Positions 54,023-64,000 of a stretch of DNA of 64,000 nucleotides are shown piece after piece. The stretch comes from an uncultured Candidatus Poseidoniales archaeon (lineage in GTDB: Archaea; Thermoplasmatota; Poseidoniia; Poseidoniales; Poseidoniaceae): NCBI GenBank assembly GCA_905181715.1, contig CAJIYT010000022.1, forward strand, positions 26,466 to 90,465. The letters run 5' to 3'. The notes below the pieces were generated by a model that had not been told where the DNA came from, searched no databases, and was given only the letters and a program-made list of their open reading frames with translations. The position numbers were made by a program, and so were the translations under genes. How positions within the stretch are numbered: the stretch's first letter is position 1; the number at the start of each line of letters is the position of its first letter.

Positions 54023-54140
54023 AACCAACAGCAGTTTAACAGAGGTATATGATGTTTCACTGATTTGCAGCATAACTGGTCAGCGTTAGGACATGTTAAT
54101 CACAATACCATGAGGATTATTATGCACAAAATAACGGGCT

Positions 54141-54176
54141 GTTGACGCGTGGTCGACGCGTTAGTTAACGCGTTAA
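54141..54176. promoter_or_regulatory. Three phased GTYRACGCGT direct repeats; the last lies in a perfect palindrome TTAACGCGTTAA
   Basis: GTTGACGCGT (54141), GTCGACGCGT (54152), GTTAACGCGT (54164) in the divergent intergenic region. The function is inferred. Confidence 0.55.
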
Positions 54177-54234
54177 ACTGCGCATCTTTCATGTGTAATA
54201 ACCCACAGGCCTCACCAGTGGAGTTGCTACGACA

Positions 54235-55530
54235 ATGCCAGTCGAAAATAGTAGAATGAAGGGCTTCTACCAGTTCTCCGTAAAAGAACGGCTCAATCTG
54301 ATCAAAGCTGCTGCTGGATTGAGCGATGAAGCAACAAATGCCCTCGGTTCATTTGCTGAATTAGATATTGAAACTGCCAACCGCATGGTTGAAAATGTGA
54401 TTGGAACCATGTCTTTACCCATAGGAATAGCCACTAATTTCGTAATTGACTCAAAACACTACCTAATCCCCCTCTGCACCGAAGAAGCAAGTGTAGTTGC
54501 TGCAGCCTCAAACATGGCTAAGCGTTGCTTGAAGAACGGAGGTTTCTTCACCGAATGTGACCCTCCGCTTATGATTGCTCAAATCCAGGTCTTAGATGTA
54601 GAGGACATACCTGCTGCAGAAGAAGCAATTGCAAAGGCCAAGGAATCTCTAATCAGCCAATGCAATGATGTTGAATCGACAATGATACGCCGAGGTGGTG
54701 GTTGTAAGTCTATGCTTACCCGTGTCATTAAGACCCAAATAGGCTCAATGCTCATAGTACATTTAATCGTTGATTGCCAAGATGCAATGGGAGCAAATGC
54801 GGTAAATACAATGGCAGAAAGGATCTCACCACGCATTGCTGAATTATCGAAAGGCAGAGTTAATCTCCGCATACTCTCAAATCTCGCAGTCCACAGAATT
54901 GCTAGAGCTAGTGCAATCTTTACCCCAGAGGAGATAGACAATGACGGCGGTAGAGAAAATGGATTAGCGATTATCTCAAATATACTAGAAGCATACCATT
55001 TCGCCGCATCCGATCCATTCAGAGCAGCAACTCATAACAAAGGCCTGATGAATGCCATCAGTAGTATTGCTCTTGCCTGCGGGCAGGATTGGAGAGCTGT
55101 CGAAGCTGGCTGTCATGCATGGGCAAGCCATGGTCGCGAACATTATTCATCCCTTACAGATTGGTGGCAAGACGACGAAGGTAACCTCTGCGGACGAATA
55201 GAAGTGCCACTAGCAGTTGGAATCGTAGGCGGTGCATCGAAGATACACCCTGCTGCTAGAGCGAACCTTGAGATTATTGGTGTCGAATCAGCCCAAGAGT
55301 TAGCTGGAGTGATGGCAGCAGCAGGTTTAGCGCAAAACCTAGCTGCAATGAGGGCCTTATCGACAGATGGCATTCAAGCAGGCCACATGCGCATGCACAT
55401 GCGCAACATGGCTAGTAGCGAAGGGGCGAATAGCGATGAAATTGATCAAATCGCCATACTACTCGAAAATTATAGTGAAACAATAACCCCACTAGTAATT
55501 CGCACTACTCTGCAACAGATTAGAGAATGA
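54235..55530 (+). CDS. mvaA: Class II HMG-CoA reductase
   Basis: ENVIG, TEEASVVAA, DAMGAN, ILSNL, RAATHNKG, GIQAGHM. Confidence 0.95.
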   Translation: MPVENSRMKGFYQFSVKERLNLIKAAAGLSDEATNALGSFAELDIETANRMVENVIGTMSLPIGIATNFVIDSKHYLIPLCTEEASVVAAASNMAKRCLKNGGFFTECDPPLMIAQIQVLDVEDIPAAEEAIAKAKESLISQCNDVESTMIRRGGGCKSMLTRVIKTQIGSMLIVHLIVDCQDAMGANAVNTMAERISPRIAELSKGRVNLRILSNLAVHRIARASAIFTPEEIDNDGGRENGLAIISNILEAYHFAASDPFRAATHNKGLMNAISSIALACGQDWRAVEAGCHAWASHGREHYSSLTDWWQDDEGNLCGRIEVPLAVGIVGGASKIHPAARANLEIIGVESAQELAGVMAAAGLAQNLAAMRALSTDGIQAGHMRMHMRNMASSEGANSDEIDQIAILLENYSETITPLVIRTTLQQIRE

Positions 55531-56133
55531 TCATTCTTCTTGCAACAACAGCGTAGATTGAACTGTTTCATCCATTTTCTCATCCCTTAGGGCGACCTTA
55601 TCGGCCATCCCTTCAAGCAATCCCGCATTAATCACCTTATCTCTAAACCATTTCTTGACCTTTTTGCGATCGGTATGCGGACAACCGAATACCTCTGAAA
55701 ACCGCAAAGTGGTTGTCAATCGGCGAGTATTTCCAGTCCTACGACGGTCTACCAATCCCGCTTGAGCCAATTCCCGAATATGATCATAGGCTTTCTGACC
55801 TAGCAATTCGACTAGTCGAGATTGCTGCATAGGTTGGTGATAAGCGATTAGTGCTGCTGCTTTGAGAAGCTTTTGGGGAATCTCTGACTTGGTCTCCTTT
55901 GGCAGATGATCGGCTATACCTGGCTTGACCTCAATAGCAAACCTGCCAGCAACTTCAACCATTTGTAACGCACTACCCCGGCGCCTTTTGCTGGTTGCAA
56001 TCAATGATTCAAGAGCTTCTTTCACTTCTTCTATCGGATAACCCAGCAATTCGCACAATTCTTCGCCACGTAACGAACGGCCGGCGCTGAAGATAGTGGC
56101 TTCCAATAATGCCTCCAAATCTATCTCGCTCAT
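55531..56133 (-). CDS. scpB: SMC-Scp complex subunit ScpB
   Basis: LEATIFSAG, ALIAYHQP, YDHIREL, TT.RFSEVFG; downstream of scpA. Confidence 0.92.
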   Translation of the reverse strand: MSEIDLEALLEATIFSAGRSLRGEELCELLGYPIEEVKEALESLIATSKRRRGSALQMVEVAGRFAIEVKPGIADHLPKETKSEIPQKLLKAAALIAYHQPMQQSRLVELLGQKAYDHIRELAQAGLVDRRRTGNTRRLTTTLRFSEVFGCPHTDRKKVKKWFRDKVINAGLLEGMADKVALRDEKMDETVQSTLLLQEE

Positions 56134-56144
56134 ACTTCCATCCC

Positions 56145-57251
56145 CTAATCCACTAGCCACCCATCGAGTTCTCCGACAACTTCAGATCTCTCTTCGACAC
56201 TAGCCTGTAACGAATCCTTTACCACAGCCGCTCTTTCTTGCAAGTTTGGCTGCGGGTTGTTTTTCAATTCCACCAGAGATTTCGCCTCTTGGAAACTAGT
56301 TGCATCTGGGCAAAGGTCTGAAAGCACTATCTGCCCCGCAGGAACCTCTTTTTGAGATATTTGCGCATATCCGCGGTTGGCTAAGAATAGACAGGCAATG
56401 AATGAGGTAACCTTAGCTTCGGCTTTTTGGTCAGCCCCAGTAAAGCCTTTTGCTGCAAGTTCTTCCAGCATAAATTCTCCCAAAGAGGACAACTCAACTT
56501 CAGATTTACCAACTTTCTTTGTAGCCTGCCGCATGGCTCGCCAACTGATTTCAATATCGCTCTCAAGGTTTTCATCATGCATTCGAGAATCTACTGAACT
56601 CAGCATCTTTGCCAATTCTTCAGCATGTAAAATACGGTTTTCATCACGAACCTTTTGCACCTCTGCGTCATCACATGCATCTTTTAGAGCAGAGAGTAAT
56701 TCTCCAAGAGTTACTGGTCTACCCTCCTCGTTCCTACGCACTCGTTCATCGAATAAGTTGGGCAAGACCTCATCTGCTTCACCCGCCAAGATGGTCTGTG
56801 TGAAAACAAAACCTTCGTCGTCATAATCAGATTCCCAGCCGAAATCAATGAATTCCTCTTCGCTGAAATCAATCGCTTGCACTCTCTCGAACAATATTGC
56901 AGCTTGATTGTGCAATACCTCCCACGACAGTCTAATCAAACGACCACAGGCTGGAAGGTCTAGGTCACTTGCTTCTTTTCTCACACGCTCGGTGAATAGT
57001 TTCAAAAAGGCACCAAGGTCGATATTCCATGGATCCAAACCCTCTTCTTTGACAAGAGAGAGAACTAAGGCTACCGAACGGTCAAACGGATCGACTAAGG
57101 TTTGATGCTCTGCTTCCTCGGATTCGGCTATCTGTTGTATACGGTCTGCATAACGAGCAGCTTCATCAGAATCCTCTTCTGCCGCTAATAGTTGATCGAG
57201 AACATCTTGTCTCAAGAACCAAGAGTCGAGAAGGACTTGCTGCAAGTTCAA
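56145..57251 (-). CDS. scpA: SMC-Scp kleisin ScpA
   Basis: LDPWNIDL, RPVTLGELLSAL, FIACLFLA..G...SQ; TTGA overlap with smc. Confidence 0.9.
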   Translation of the reverse strand: MNLQQVLLDSWFLRQDVLDQLLAAEEDSDEAARYADRIQQIAESEEAEHQTLVDPFDRSVALVLSLVKEEGLDPWNIDLGAFLKLFTERVRKEASDLDLPACGRLIRLSWEVLHNQAAILFERVQAIDFSEEEFIDFGWESDYDDEGFVFTQTILAGEADEVLPNLFDERVRRNEEGRPVTLGELLSALKDACDDAEVQKVRDENRILHAEELAKMLSSVDSRMHDENLESDIEISWRAMRQATKKVGKSEVELSSLGEFMLEELAAKGFTGADQKAEAKVTSFIACLFLANRGYAQISQKEVPAGQIVLSDLCPDATSFQEAKSLVELKNNPQPNLQERAAVVKDSLQASVEERSEVVGELDGWLVD

Positions 57252-60200
57252 ACCTCCTCTTCAATACCTATTTGTTCTTCATCAGCAGAAGTTGTTTCCT
57301 CTTCCTCAGAGGCTGCTTCCAACAGTGCTTCGACGATTTCCCTGCGCTCTGTGATATCTTCTGTTAAGTCTTCAGTCCTTTCAACTATAGAGGAGAAGTT
57401 TGTATCTACTGCAGCCTCTGACTCATCTGCAACAACCTCTTGTGCTATGTGATTTAGAAGATTTCCAAGACTGCTTGGTGCTGCTAATGCCTCTGGTACC
57501 TTTGGCATGTCCTTGGCCTGATTACTCGCTTCTTCGATACGGCTGTGATTTACATCTGCAGCCTCTTTCGCTTCCTTGAGTGCAGCCTCACCTAATGTGA
57601 TTGCTCTCTCACGGTCAAAGTCAACGATTCTCCGGCTACAGCCATCTCCTCCGTGGGTTATGCCGATGTGATGATCGGCCAAACGCAATGAGACCTTACG
57701 TAGAGTCACCATGATGAATTGTGCTGCTTCACTGCGCTCTCTACACATTTTTGCGATTAATCCTGCATTATATGCATCAAGGTTTTGATCGACTTCGTCG
57801 AAATAGTAGAATGGACTAGGGTCGTGATCTTGAATAGCGAAAATCAATGCTAATGCTGCCATGGATTGTTCACCACCAGAAAGGCCCTGCAGTCGGCTCT
57901 TACTCGACTTACCACGCGGTTGTGCCCACATGTCGAGACCGCCCTTGAATGGATTCTCAGGATCTTCTAGGAACAACTCACCTCTACCACCATCGGATAG
58001 TTGATTGTAGACCTTCTTGAAATTCTTATTTACCTCTTTTAGGACCGCTAGCAAACGGCTCTTGCGCTGTCCTTCCAACTTATCGGTAATGGTAATCAAT
58101 TGCTTTCTTCTTTGCTGTAAGGTTTTGAAATCATCCTTCATCGAAGATAGTCTTTCCTCACATTCACCATATTGCTCGATTGCGAGCATATTGACTGGTC
58201 CATAGGCTTCGAGTCTACGCTCGAGGGCGCGCAAACGCTTTTCTGCATCACCAACACTTGGCAATTCTACCTCGGGGTCTGCTATAGCAATCGCCATCTC
58301 CGCCATCTCTGTAGCTAACTCAATCAGTTCGTTTTGCTTGTTAGCAACTGACCTAGTGATTTCTTCTGCTAAGCGACGACGGTTCTGAGCATCATTCGCT
58401 TTCTGGGAATAACTAGCGCGTAATCCTGCACGTTCTTCGGTCGAACGCATTCTTTCGTCCTCTAGACCTTCGTGTTCTTCCATAATGACGGCTCGTTCTG
58501 ACTCTCTCTCTGTCAATTCCTTGCCGTCTGTTTCGATTGAAGCAGTCCAGGTTTTGATTGAGGCTACTCTCGCGGCAATTGACGATTGGATGTCGTCAGC
58601 CTTACCGGTTAAACGATCGACCATGTCTTGTAAAAGACGACTCTTGTCCTCTCCTGATTCGAGAATAATAATCGCTTTTGCACGCATTCCTTCAGCTTCG
58701 ACCCTTTGTTGCTGGGCCTCATGCAAACGCTGACGTAGATGCTCTGGGCTGGATTGTTGTAATTTATCTAGGGCCGAGTCTCTCGCTGCCTCACTGGTCG
58801 AATGGATTTGTTTAGCAGCGGTAAGGGCGCTTGATTTGTTATTGTTTTCTTTACCTAATTCCTCAAGCCTCTTCTCATGAGCGATAACCACTCCTCTCGC
58901 CTGCTCGAATGCTTTCTTACCCATGGCCATCTCCGAGCGCCACTCACGTAATTTGATTGAATGGTCGTCGCTTGAAAGTGCAGTGATGCGATTACGAACT
59001 TCTTGTTGGCGAGTCATAGACTCGCTCAATGCCGCCCTAACAGTATCCGACATCAACGATAGGCGCTCGACTTCGGCTGCTAATTTATCGACTTCGCTAG
59101 CCCCTTGAATACGTCCGCCAAAGCCGACTTTCATCCGCGCTCGACTGCCACCTATCATCGCTCCACCGGGTTCTGTGACTTCACCTCTAAGAGTAACTAG
59201 GCGAACACCGCCCATCAAACGACGTGCGGTAGCTAGGTCTTCTACGACTAGAGTATTACGCAATGCATAGCGTACTGCTGCTTCGATACGAGGGTCGAAA
59301 TCGAGTAATTCGTATGCGAAACCGACAACACCTGGTTTGTTCACAAGCATTGCTGCTTTACCGGATGCTCGATTGGCTTGCATTTTATTCAGTGGCAAGA
59401 ATGTTGCTCTACCGGATTTCTTTGAGCGTAAATGTGCCATTGCTTCGGCAGCGATGCGGTCATCTTCGACCACTAGAGAGGACATTCCTCCTCCGACTGC
59501 CGTTGCTAGAGCCTCGGCGTGTTCATCTTCCTTTGGAGCACATAATTCAGCAATTGTGCCGATTATTCCGCGTAATTCCCCTCTATCACGAGCAGCGATA
59601 ACCGATGCTGCACCTCCGCTCATTCCATTGGTTCCAGAACGGCTTTCTAATTCGGTTCTAACACTGACCAATTTGCGTTCAGTCTCTCTTAATCTGCGCT
59701 CAACCGCTTCGAATTCAGTCCGTAATTTAGATTCTTCACGTTGGCTATTCAGTAGATCTTCGGCTAATTTACTTCGATCTTTATCGGGGTCAACATCGCC
59801 TAAATCCTCGCCGAGTAATTCAAGGTCATCGATTTGTAAGCGCGCATCTTCCAGCAATTCCTCAGAGGCTGCTACCTGTTCGGAGATCAATTCCATCTGT
59901 GTTTCGATTCTATCTGCTTCCAATTGTGCATGTGCAACTGCTTCTCGTGCAGTTTCCAGGGCTTCGGTCGCTTTTGAAAGGTCTCTTGAGAGGCCAATTG
60001 TTGCTTTATCAGTGTGTTCAAGAGTGGTGCGGACATCCTTTTCGGTTGCTTCAGCAGCTTCGAAAGTTGTTTTTGATTTCTCAAGATCGAGTTTTGCAGA
60101 CGCTAGTGCCTCCACGTGGCCGGCCAATGATTCGCTTACTTCTGCGATCTCGGCTTCGATATTTTCAACCTCTGCCATTCCTTCCACGTTGAACTCATCT

Positions 60201-61171
60201 GCTGAACGGATTCGGTCACGGTTTCTATCGCATTCCAATTGTAATCTGCGAATAACATCCATCAAACCTCCGCGCTCATCGCCCATGACCTGCTTTATCT
60301 GCTTCTCAAGTTCTCCGATACGGTCGTCGAGTGAAAGTAAAATCCTCTCACCTTCCTTGACCTCTTGACTCAAGGCACCGGCTTCAGACTCATACCTTAC
60401 TCTCTCATCTATTTGATAGCGGATTTCAGCATCTAATGAGCCATGGCGAGATTGGTAATAGCGAACCCTTGCTTCGTCATGCTCTTCTTTGAGTGATTTG
60501 ACCTTCAGGGCCTGTTCCTTTTCCTTTTTTAGGCTTTGAAGGCGTACTTTTTGCTCGTCTTCGAGTAAGGTGATTCTTTCGATGTATTCCTCGACTTGAT
60601 CTTTTTGTCGGTCTGCCTTACGAATCTCATCGTCATAAGAAGTGACTCCTGCTACTCCATCGAGAACCTTTCTCCTCTCTACAGTAGTCATTTTTGAAAG
60701 GCGGGTTACATCTCCCTGCAAGACGATATTGTATCCGTCTGGGCGAGCGTTGGCTTGGCCCAAAATTCGGTGGAATGATTTTTGCGAACTCTCATTTCCG
60801 TCGAGGAAATAGGTAGTGACGATATTATTCGACTTTGTCAAACGAACGTGGCGGCTCATTCGCACCTCGTCGTTGTCAACGGGTAATCTCCTTCGACCGT
60901 TTGCAAGCATTGGATTAGCAAATACCAATGTTACTTTGCATTCCCGTGCTGGGTGATTGGATTTACCGCCATTAAATATCAAATCCTTGGCATTTTGGGC
61001 GCGAAGAACTTTGGTAGAGCGTGGGCCGAGGACGAATTGTATGGCATCGCCACAATTTGATTTACCAGAGCCATTAGGTCCGGTAATGGCAGTGAAACCA
61101 CGAACAAATGGAATTGTCGCTTCGCCTTTGAACGACTTGAAATTTTCAACCTCTAGGCTCTTGAGATACAT
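57248..61171 (-). CDS. smc: Chromosome segregation protein SMC
   Basis: NFKSF, GPNGSGKSN, hinge GRATFLPL / VTLRGE..GG, LSGGE, FDEVD, long coiled coils. Confidence 0.97.
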   Translation of the reverse strand: MYLKSLEVENFKSFKGEATIPFVRGFTAITGPNGSGKSNCGDAIQFVLGPRSTKVLRAQNAKDLIFNGGKSNHPARECKVTLVFANPMLANGRRRLPVDNDEVRMSRHVRLTKSNNIVTTYFLDGNESSQKSFHRILGQANARPDGYNIVLQGDVTRLSKMTTVERRKVLDGVAGVTSYDDEIRKADRQKDQVEEYIERITLLEDEQKVRLQSLKKEKEQALKVKSLKEEHDEARVRYYQSRHGSLDAEIRYQIDERVRYESEAGALSQEVKEGERILLSLDDRIGELEKQIKQVMGDERGGLMDVIRRLQLECDRNRDRIRSADEFNVEGMAEVENIEAEIAEVSESLAGHVEALASAKLDLEKSKTTFEAAEATEKDVRTTLEHTDKATIGLSRDLSKATEALETAREAVAHAQLEADRIETQMELISEQVAASEELLEDARLQIDDLELLGEDLGDVDPDKDRSKLAEDLLNSQREESKLRTEFEAVERRLRETERKLVSVRTELESRSGTNGMSGGAASVIAARDRGELRGIIGTIAELCAPKEDEHAEALATAVGGGMSSLVVEDDRIAAEAMAHLRSKKSGRATFLPLNKMQANRASGKAAMLVNKPGVVGFAYELLDFDPRIEAAVRYALRNTLVVEDLATARRLMGGVRLVTLRGEVTEPGGAMIGGSRARMKVGFGGRIQGASEVDKLAAEVERLSLMSDTVRAALSESMTRQQEVRNRITALSSDDHSIKLREWRSEMAMGKKAFEQARGVVIAHEKRLEELGKENNNKSSALTAAKQIHSTSEAARDSALDKLQQSSPEHLRQRLHEAQQQRVEAEGMRAKAIIILESGEDKSRLLQDMVDRLTGKADDIQSSIAARVASIKTWTASIETDGKELTERESERAVIMEEHEGLEDERMRSTEERAGLRASYSQKANDAQNRRRLAEEITRSVANKQNELIELATEMAEMAIAIADPEVELPSVGDAEKRLRALERRLEAYGPVNMLAIEQYGECEERLSSMKDDFKTLQQRRKQLITITDKLEGQRKSRLLAVLKEVNKNFKKVYNQLSDGGRGELFLEDPENPFKGGLDMWAQPRGKSSKSRLQGLSGGEQSMAALALIFAIQDHDPSPFYYFDEVDQNLDAYNAGLIAKMCRERSEAAQFIMVTLRKVSLRLADHHIGITHGGDGCSRRIVDFDRERAITLGEAALKEAKEAADVNHSRIEEASNQAKDMPKVPEALAAPSSLGNLLNHIAQEVVADESEAAVDTNFSSIVERTEDLTEDITERREIVEALLEAASEEEETTSADEEQIGIEEEV

Positions 61172-61341
61172 CCCATTCCCTCATAGACGGATACTAAGTT
61201 CCGACATTAAGCCTTCAGCGGCTCGAGATGGGTATTAAACAATGGCACTGGACTAGACCTATGGCTTGCGTTTTGAAGACCCTATCGTGACGCCGAGAAC
61301 CCTTGAATGAAATCGCTATAAGTTCTCTAAGAAATCTTATC

Positions 61342-62142
61342 TCACTCGATATAACCCTTATTGCCACAGCGCTTACAGCCCTGGCCGCTACATATGTGGC
61401 AAGATCTTTCCACTTTGAAATCGCCATCTTCGCGAAGACCTGCTTCGAATTCACATTCAAAGGTAGAAAGACCCATTTCACCCCAGAGGTCACCGACGGT
61501 GGTGAACTTATCCATTGCCTTGGATTTCTTCTCCATGCCTTTTAGCGACCCGCCGCTGGAAAATGCACGATCCATCTCTACGCGCTCTTTTTCAAGACGC
61601 ATTGCATCATCGACTTTTTTCTTATCCCCGCCATCATCCTCGTTAACGAATTTACGACCTCTGACCAAGAAGACACCAAGGATAAATGCACCTAGTTGAA
61701 TTACAACTGGCTCAAGATGATAGGGCAATAGCACCGCTATTTTCTCAGCCTCGACATGGGGGCTAAGCTCAAAGGCATCAACGATAGCAAAGGCAATGAA
61801 TACTGGACCAAACATGAGAGATATACGCCTGATTCTGGTTGCCCACTTCCCAGTTCGTGGCATTTTTATAAATCCTGCACCGAATAAAGCCACACCTTCG
61901 ATCAACATCATGATGTCTGGCCCACCAAAGGTCCCGAGGTAGTCAAAACAGTCACTAGTCATCCCCCTCTCGACACTGGCTTGAATCGATTCATCGGAAC
62001 AAGAAACAGAGCCCAATTTAGAGAGATTCATCTTAACAGGAGGGTCTACTGGTGAAAATGCACCGAGATATACGTTGGCAATAACCACGCCAATCAGTAC
62101 CAAGCCGATGAGGCTGGCGAGTTTACCCTTGCGCGCCATCAT
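61342..62142 (-). CDS. Membrane protein with C-terminal CxxCxGxGCxxC zinc finger
   Basis: About 4 TMs, charged cytoplasmic tail, CHICSGQGCKRCGNKG. Confidence 0.75.
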   Translation of the reverse strand: MMARKGKLASLIGLVLIGVVIANVYLGAFSPVDPPVKMNLSKLGSVSCSDESIQASVERGMTSDCFDYLGTFGGPDIMMLIEGVALFGAGFIKMPRTGKWATRIRRISLMFGPVFIAFAIVDAFELSPHVEAEKIAVLLPYHLEPVVIQLGAFILGVFLVRGRKFVNEDDGGDKKKVDDAMRLEKERVEMDRAFSSGGSLKGMEKKSKAMDKFTTVGDLWGEMGLSTFECEFEAGLREDGDFKVERSCHICSGQGCKRCGNKGYIE

Positions 62143-62229
62143 TAACTGGGGGGTGATTAAGAGTCATAGTGATGTCGGCTGATAAAGCAAGTCGTTTTCA
62201 ATAATAGACCTCTGGACAGGTTGTTGCTG

Positions 62230-63810
62230 ATGCCGCGAGTAATCATTATCGGAAGCGGTATCGCTGGACTTTTTGCCGCATTAGAACTCAGTGATGCGGG
62301 TTATGATGTGCTCGTAGTCACAAAGCAACGCCCTGAGGACTCCTCGACAAATTGGGCTCAAGGAGGAATTGCTGCTATTCTCGATCAAACCGATAACTCG
62401 GGTATCGAGTCACATATCACTGACACACTAGCCTGTGGCGATGGACAATGCGATGAGGAAGTGGTAAGGGTAGTGGTTTCCGAAGCAGGTGATAGAATCA
62501 GAGATTTACTATCAATAGGAGTATCCTTTGAAAAAGCCGGAGAGGAGTTCCATTTTGCTAAAGAAGGAGGACACAGCACTGCAAGAATCCTTCACGCAAA
62601 AGATGCAACCGGTAAGGAGATAGAATCCGCACTGAATAACGAAGTTTCTCGACGAGAAAATATCGAGTTGAGACCAATGACTCTCGCTGTCGATTTGATT
62701 CAAAGAAAACATGGCGCTATCGAAGAGGGAATATGTGGAATCTGGTGTTTGAACCTCGATGATGACACCATGACCACCGAACTTGCTGATGCAATAATGA
62801 TTGCAACTGGAGGTGCAGGTAAGTTGTGGGCTAAGACCACAAACCCCCCAGTAGCAACAGGTGATGGTTTGGCAATGGCCCATAGAGCAGGTGCTTGTGT
62901 GAAAGATATGGCCTTTGTTCAATTCCATCCAACCGCACTTATGATTACTGATGAGCGTCCATTTCTCATCACTGAAGCCTTACGCGGAGCAGGTGGGGTC
63001 TTACTCGATGATGAGGGGTTAGCAACTCATCTCAAGGAAAGAGGCGACCCAGCACCCCTCTCATTTACCCTTGAATATTCAACAAAGGGATCATTGGCAA
63101 CTCGAGATATAGTAGCGAGAGCTTGTGATAATGTCATCAAACGGAGTGGGGCTGATCACGTGTGGTTGGTTTGCGACCATCTCGACACTGAGGAGTTACA
63201 ATCTTCATTTCCAACAATTACCGAAAGATTGCAGCGCCACGGACTCATACTAGGCAAGGACCCGTTGCCTGTTGCTCCCGCTGCTCATTACATGGTAGGA
63301 GGTCTTGACGTAGATTTGCAAGGAAGAGTCCAAACCTCGGATTCAACTGTTATTCCTGGCCTCTATGGCATTGGCGAGGTGGCTTGTACCGGCATGCATG
63401 GTGCAAACCGTTTAGCTTCGAACAGCCTTCTAGAAGGGGTCGTCTTTGCCCAAAGAGCCGCTAGACATATCATCACCGAGTTACCATCATCTCTCTCACA
63501 ATCACCCGATTGGCTAGCCGATGGCTTGCAAGAATTGTTAGAACATTCACCATTACGCCATGACCTAGAATCATTGCAGGCAACGATGACTGATGATGTC
63601 GGCCTTGTGCGTCGGTTTTCCCGCCTGAAAAGAGCGCTGAGAAGATTGAATCTTCTAAGTGATGAAGTCGATCTGGTTTGGAGCACTTGCCGGCCAAGTC
63701 GGGATCTAATCGAACTAAGAAATCTGATTTTAGTCGCTACGTTGATTGCCCAAGACGCCCTACAGCGTACACAAAACCATGGTTTGCACTTCAATGCAGA
63801 CTTAGTTTAG
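62230..63810 (+). CDS. nadB: L-aspartate oxidase
   Basis: IIGSGIAG, WAQGGIA, EGGHS..RILH, QFHPT, LITEALRG, HYMVGG, GMHGANRLASNSLLE. Confidence 0.95.
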   Translation: MPRVIIIGSGIAGLFAALELSDAGYDVLVVTKQRPEDSSTNWAQGGIAAILDQTDNSGIESHITDTLACGDGQCDEEVVRVVVSEAGDRIRDLLSIGVSFEKAGEEFHFAKEGGHSTARILHAKDATGKEIESALNNEVSRRENIELRPMTLAVDLIQRKHGAIEEGICGIWCLNLDDDTMTTELADAIMIATGGAGKLWAKTTNPPVATGDGLAMAHRAGACVKDMAFVQFHPTALMITDERPFLITEALRGAGGVLLDDEGLATHLKERGDPAPLSFTLEYSTKGSLATRDIVARACDNVIKRSGADHVWLVCDHLDTEELQSSFPTITERLQRHGLILGKDPLPVAPAAHYMVGGLDVDLQGRVQTSDSTVIPGLYGIGEVACTGMHGANRLASNSLLEGVVFAQRAARHIITELPSSLSQSPDWLADGLQELLEHSPLRHDLESLQATMTDDVGLVRRFSRLKRALRRLNLLSDEVDLVWSTCRPSRDLIELRNLILVATLIAQDALQRTQNHGLHFNADLV

Positions 63811-64000
63811 TGAATCTATCTGTGCTAGCAATAAGGTGTTTCTAGGGCAAGGAAATCCTGCTCTTTCGCCTCTTCGGACAACCTCGCCGCAAATCATCTC
63901 AATCTCGGTCTTCCGCCCATTGCGTACATCTTGCAACATACTGCATTCGTTTTCATATGTACGAATAATCACTTCCCGTAAAGTCTCGACTAAATCCTCA
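63802..64000 (-). CDS. panE: Ketopantoate reductase, C-terminal part (truncated by the window edge)
   Basis: Manual translation ...ENECSMLQDVRNGRKTEIEMICGEVVRRGERAGFPCPRN..LN* matches the ApbA C-terminal SMLQD..GR.TEI motif; not in the ORF track. Confidence 0.85.
   Translation of the reverse strand, partial: EDLVETLREVIIRTYENECSMLQDVRNGRKTEIEMICGEVVRRGERAGFPCPRNTLLLAQIDSLN

Noticed and set aside
54053-54062. TGTTTCAC half-site resembling bacterial parS
   Set aside because: Only half of the palindrome is present and no HTH-bearing ParB is in the window; likely chance.
54235-55530. Bacterial-type class II HMG-CoA reductase (and gyrase) as novel HGT
   Set aside because: Already known for Thermoplasmatota and some other euryarchaea; not novel.
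59337-60368. 343-aa plus-strand ORF
   Set aside because: Antisense to the SMC coiled coil; Ser-rich shadow ORF.

Overview
Gene-dense archaeal chromosomal segment with about 50 CDS. I found no rRNA, tRNA, CRISPR array, IS or integrase. The gene mix strongly suggests Marine Group II (Ca. Poseidoniales, Thermoplasmatota); this is an inference from gene content. Archaeal informational genes: RPA pair, Hel308, Cgi121, Cdc6/Orc1, eS6, aIF2-gamma, Dph2, SMC-ScpAB. Bacterial-type genes: gyrB-gyrA, class II HMG-CoA reductase, class II CCA enzyme, nadB. Large secreted proteins with PKD, thrombospondin-3 or beta-propeller domains are also present. Most notable observations: (1) a membrane protein with an EF-hand and a eukaryote-type MBT methyl-lysine-reader module; (2) a minimal Tad/type IV pilus-like motor (ATPase plus two T2SS-F proteins, no pilin in the window) apparently co-transcribed with a phage Mu DNA-circularization/tail-like small protein, downstream of the RPA genes; (3) a degenerate AAA+/winged-helix protein next to three phased GTYRACGCGT repeats; (4) several repurposed enzyme homologs (lipoyl-less GcvH, Tmk with a long extension, degenerate PIMT, stand-alone ParB/Srx). 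All domain calls come from motif recognition by eye; no searches were run. Several starts were trimmed from the ORF track using SD-like motifs or gene overlaps.
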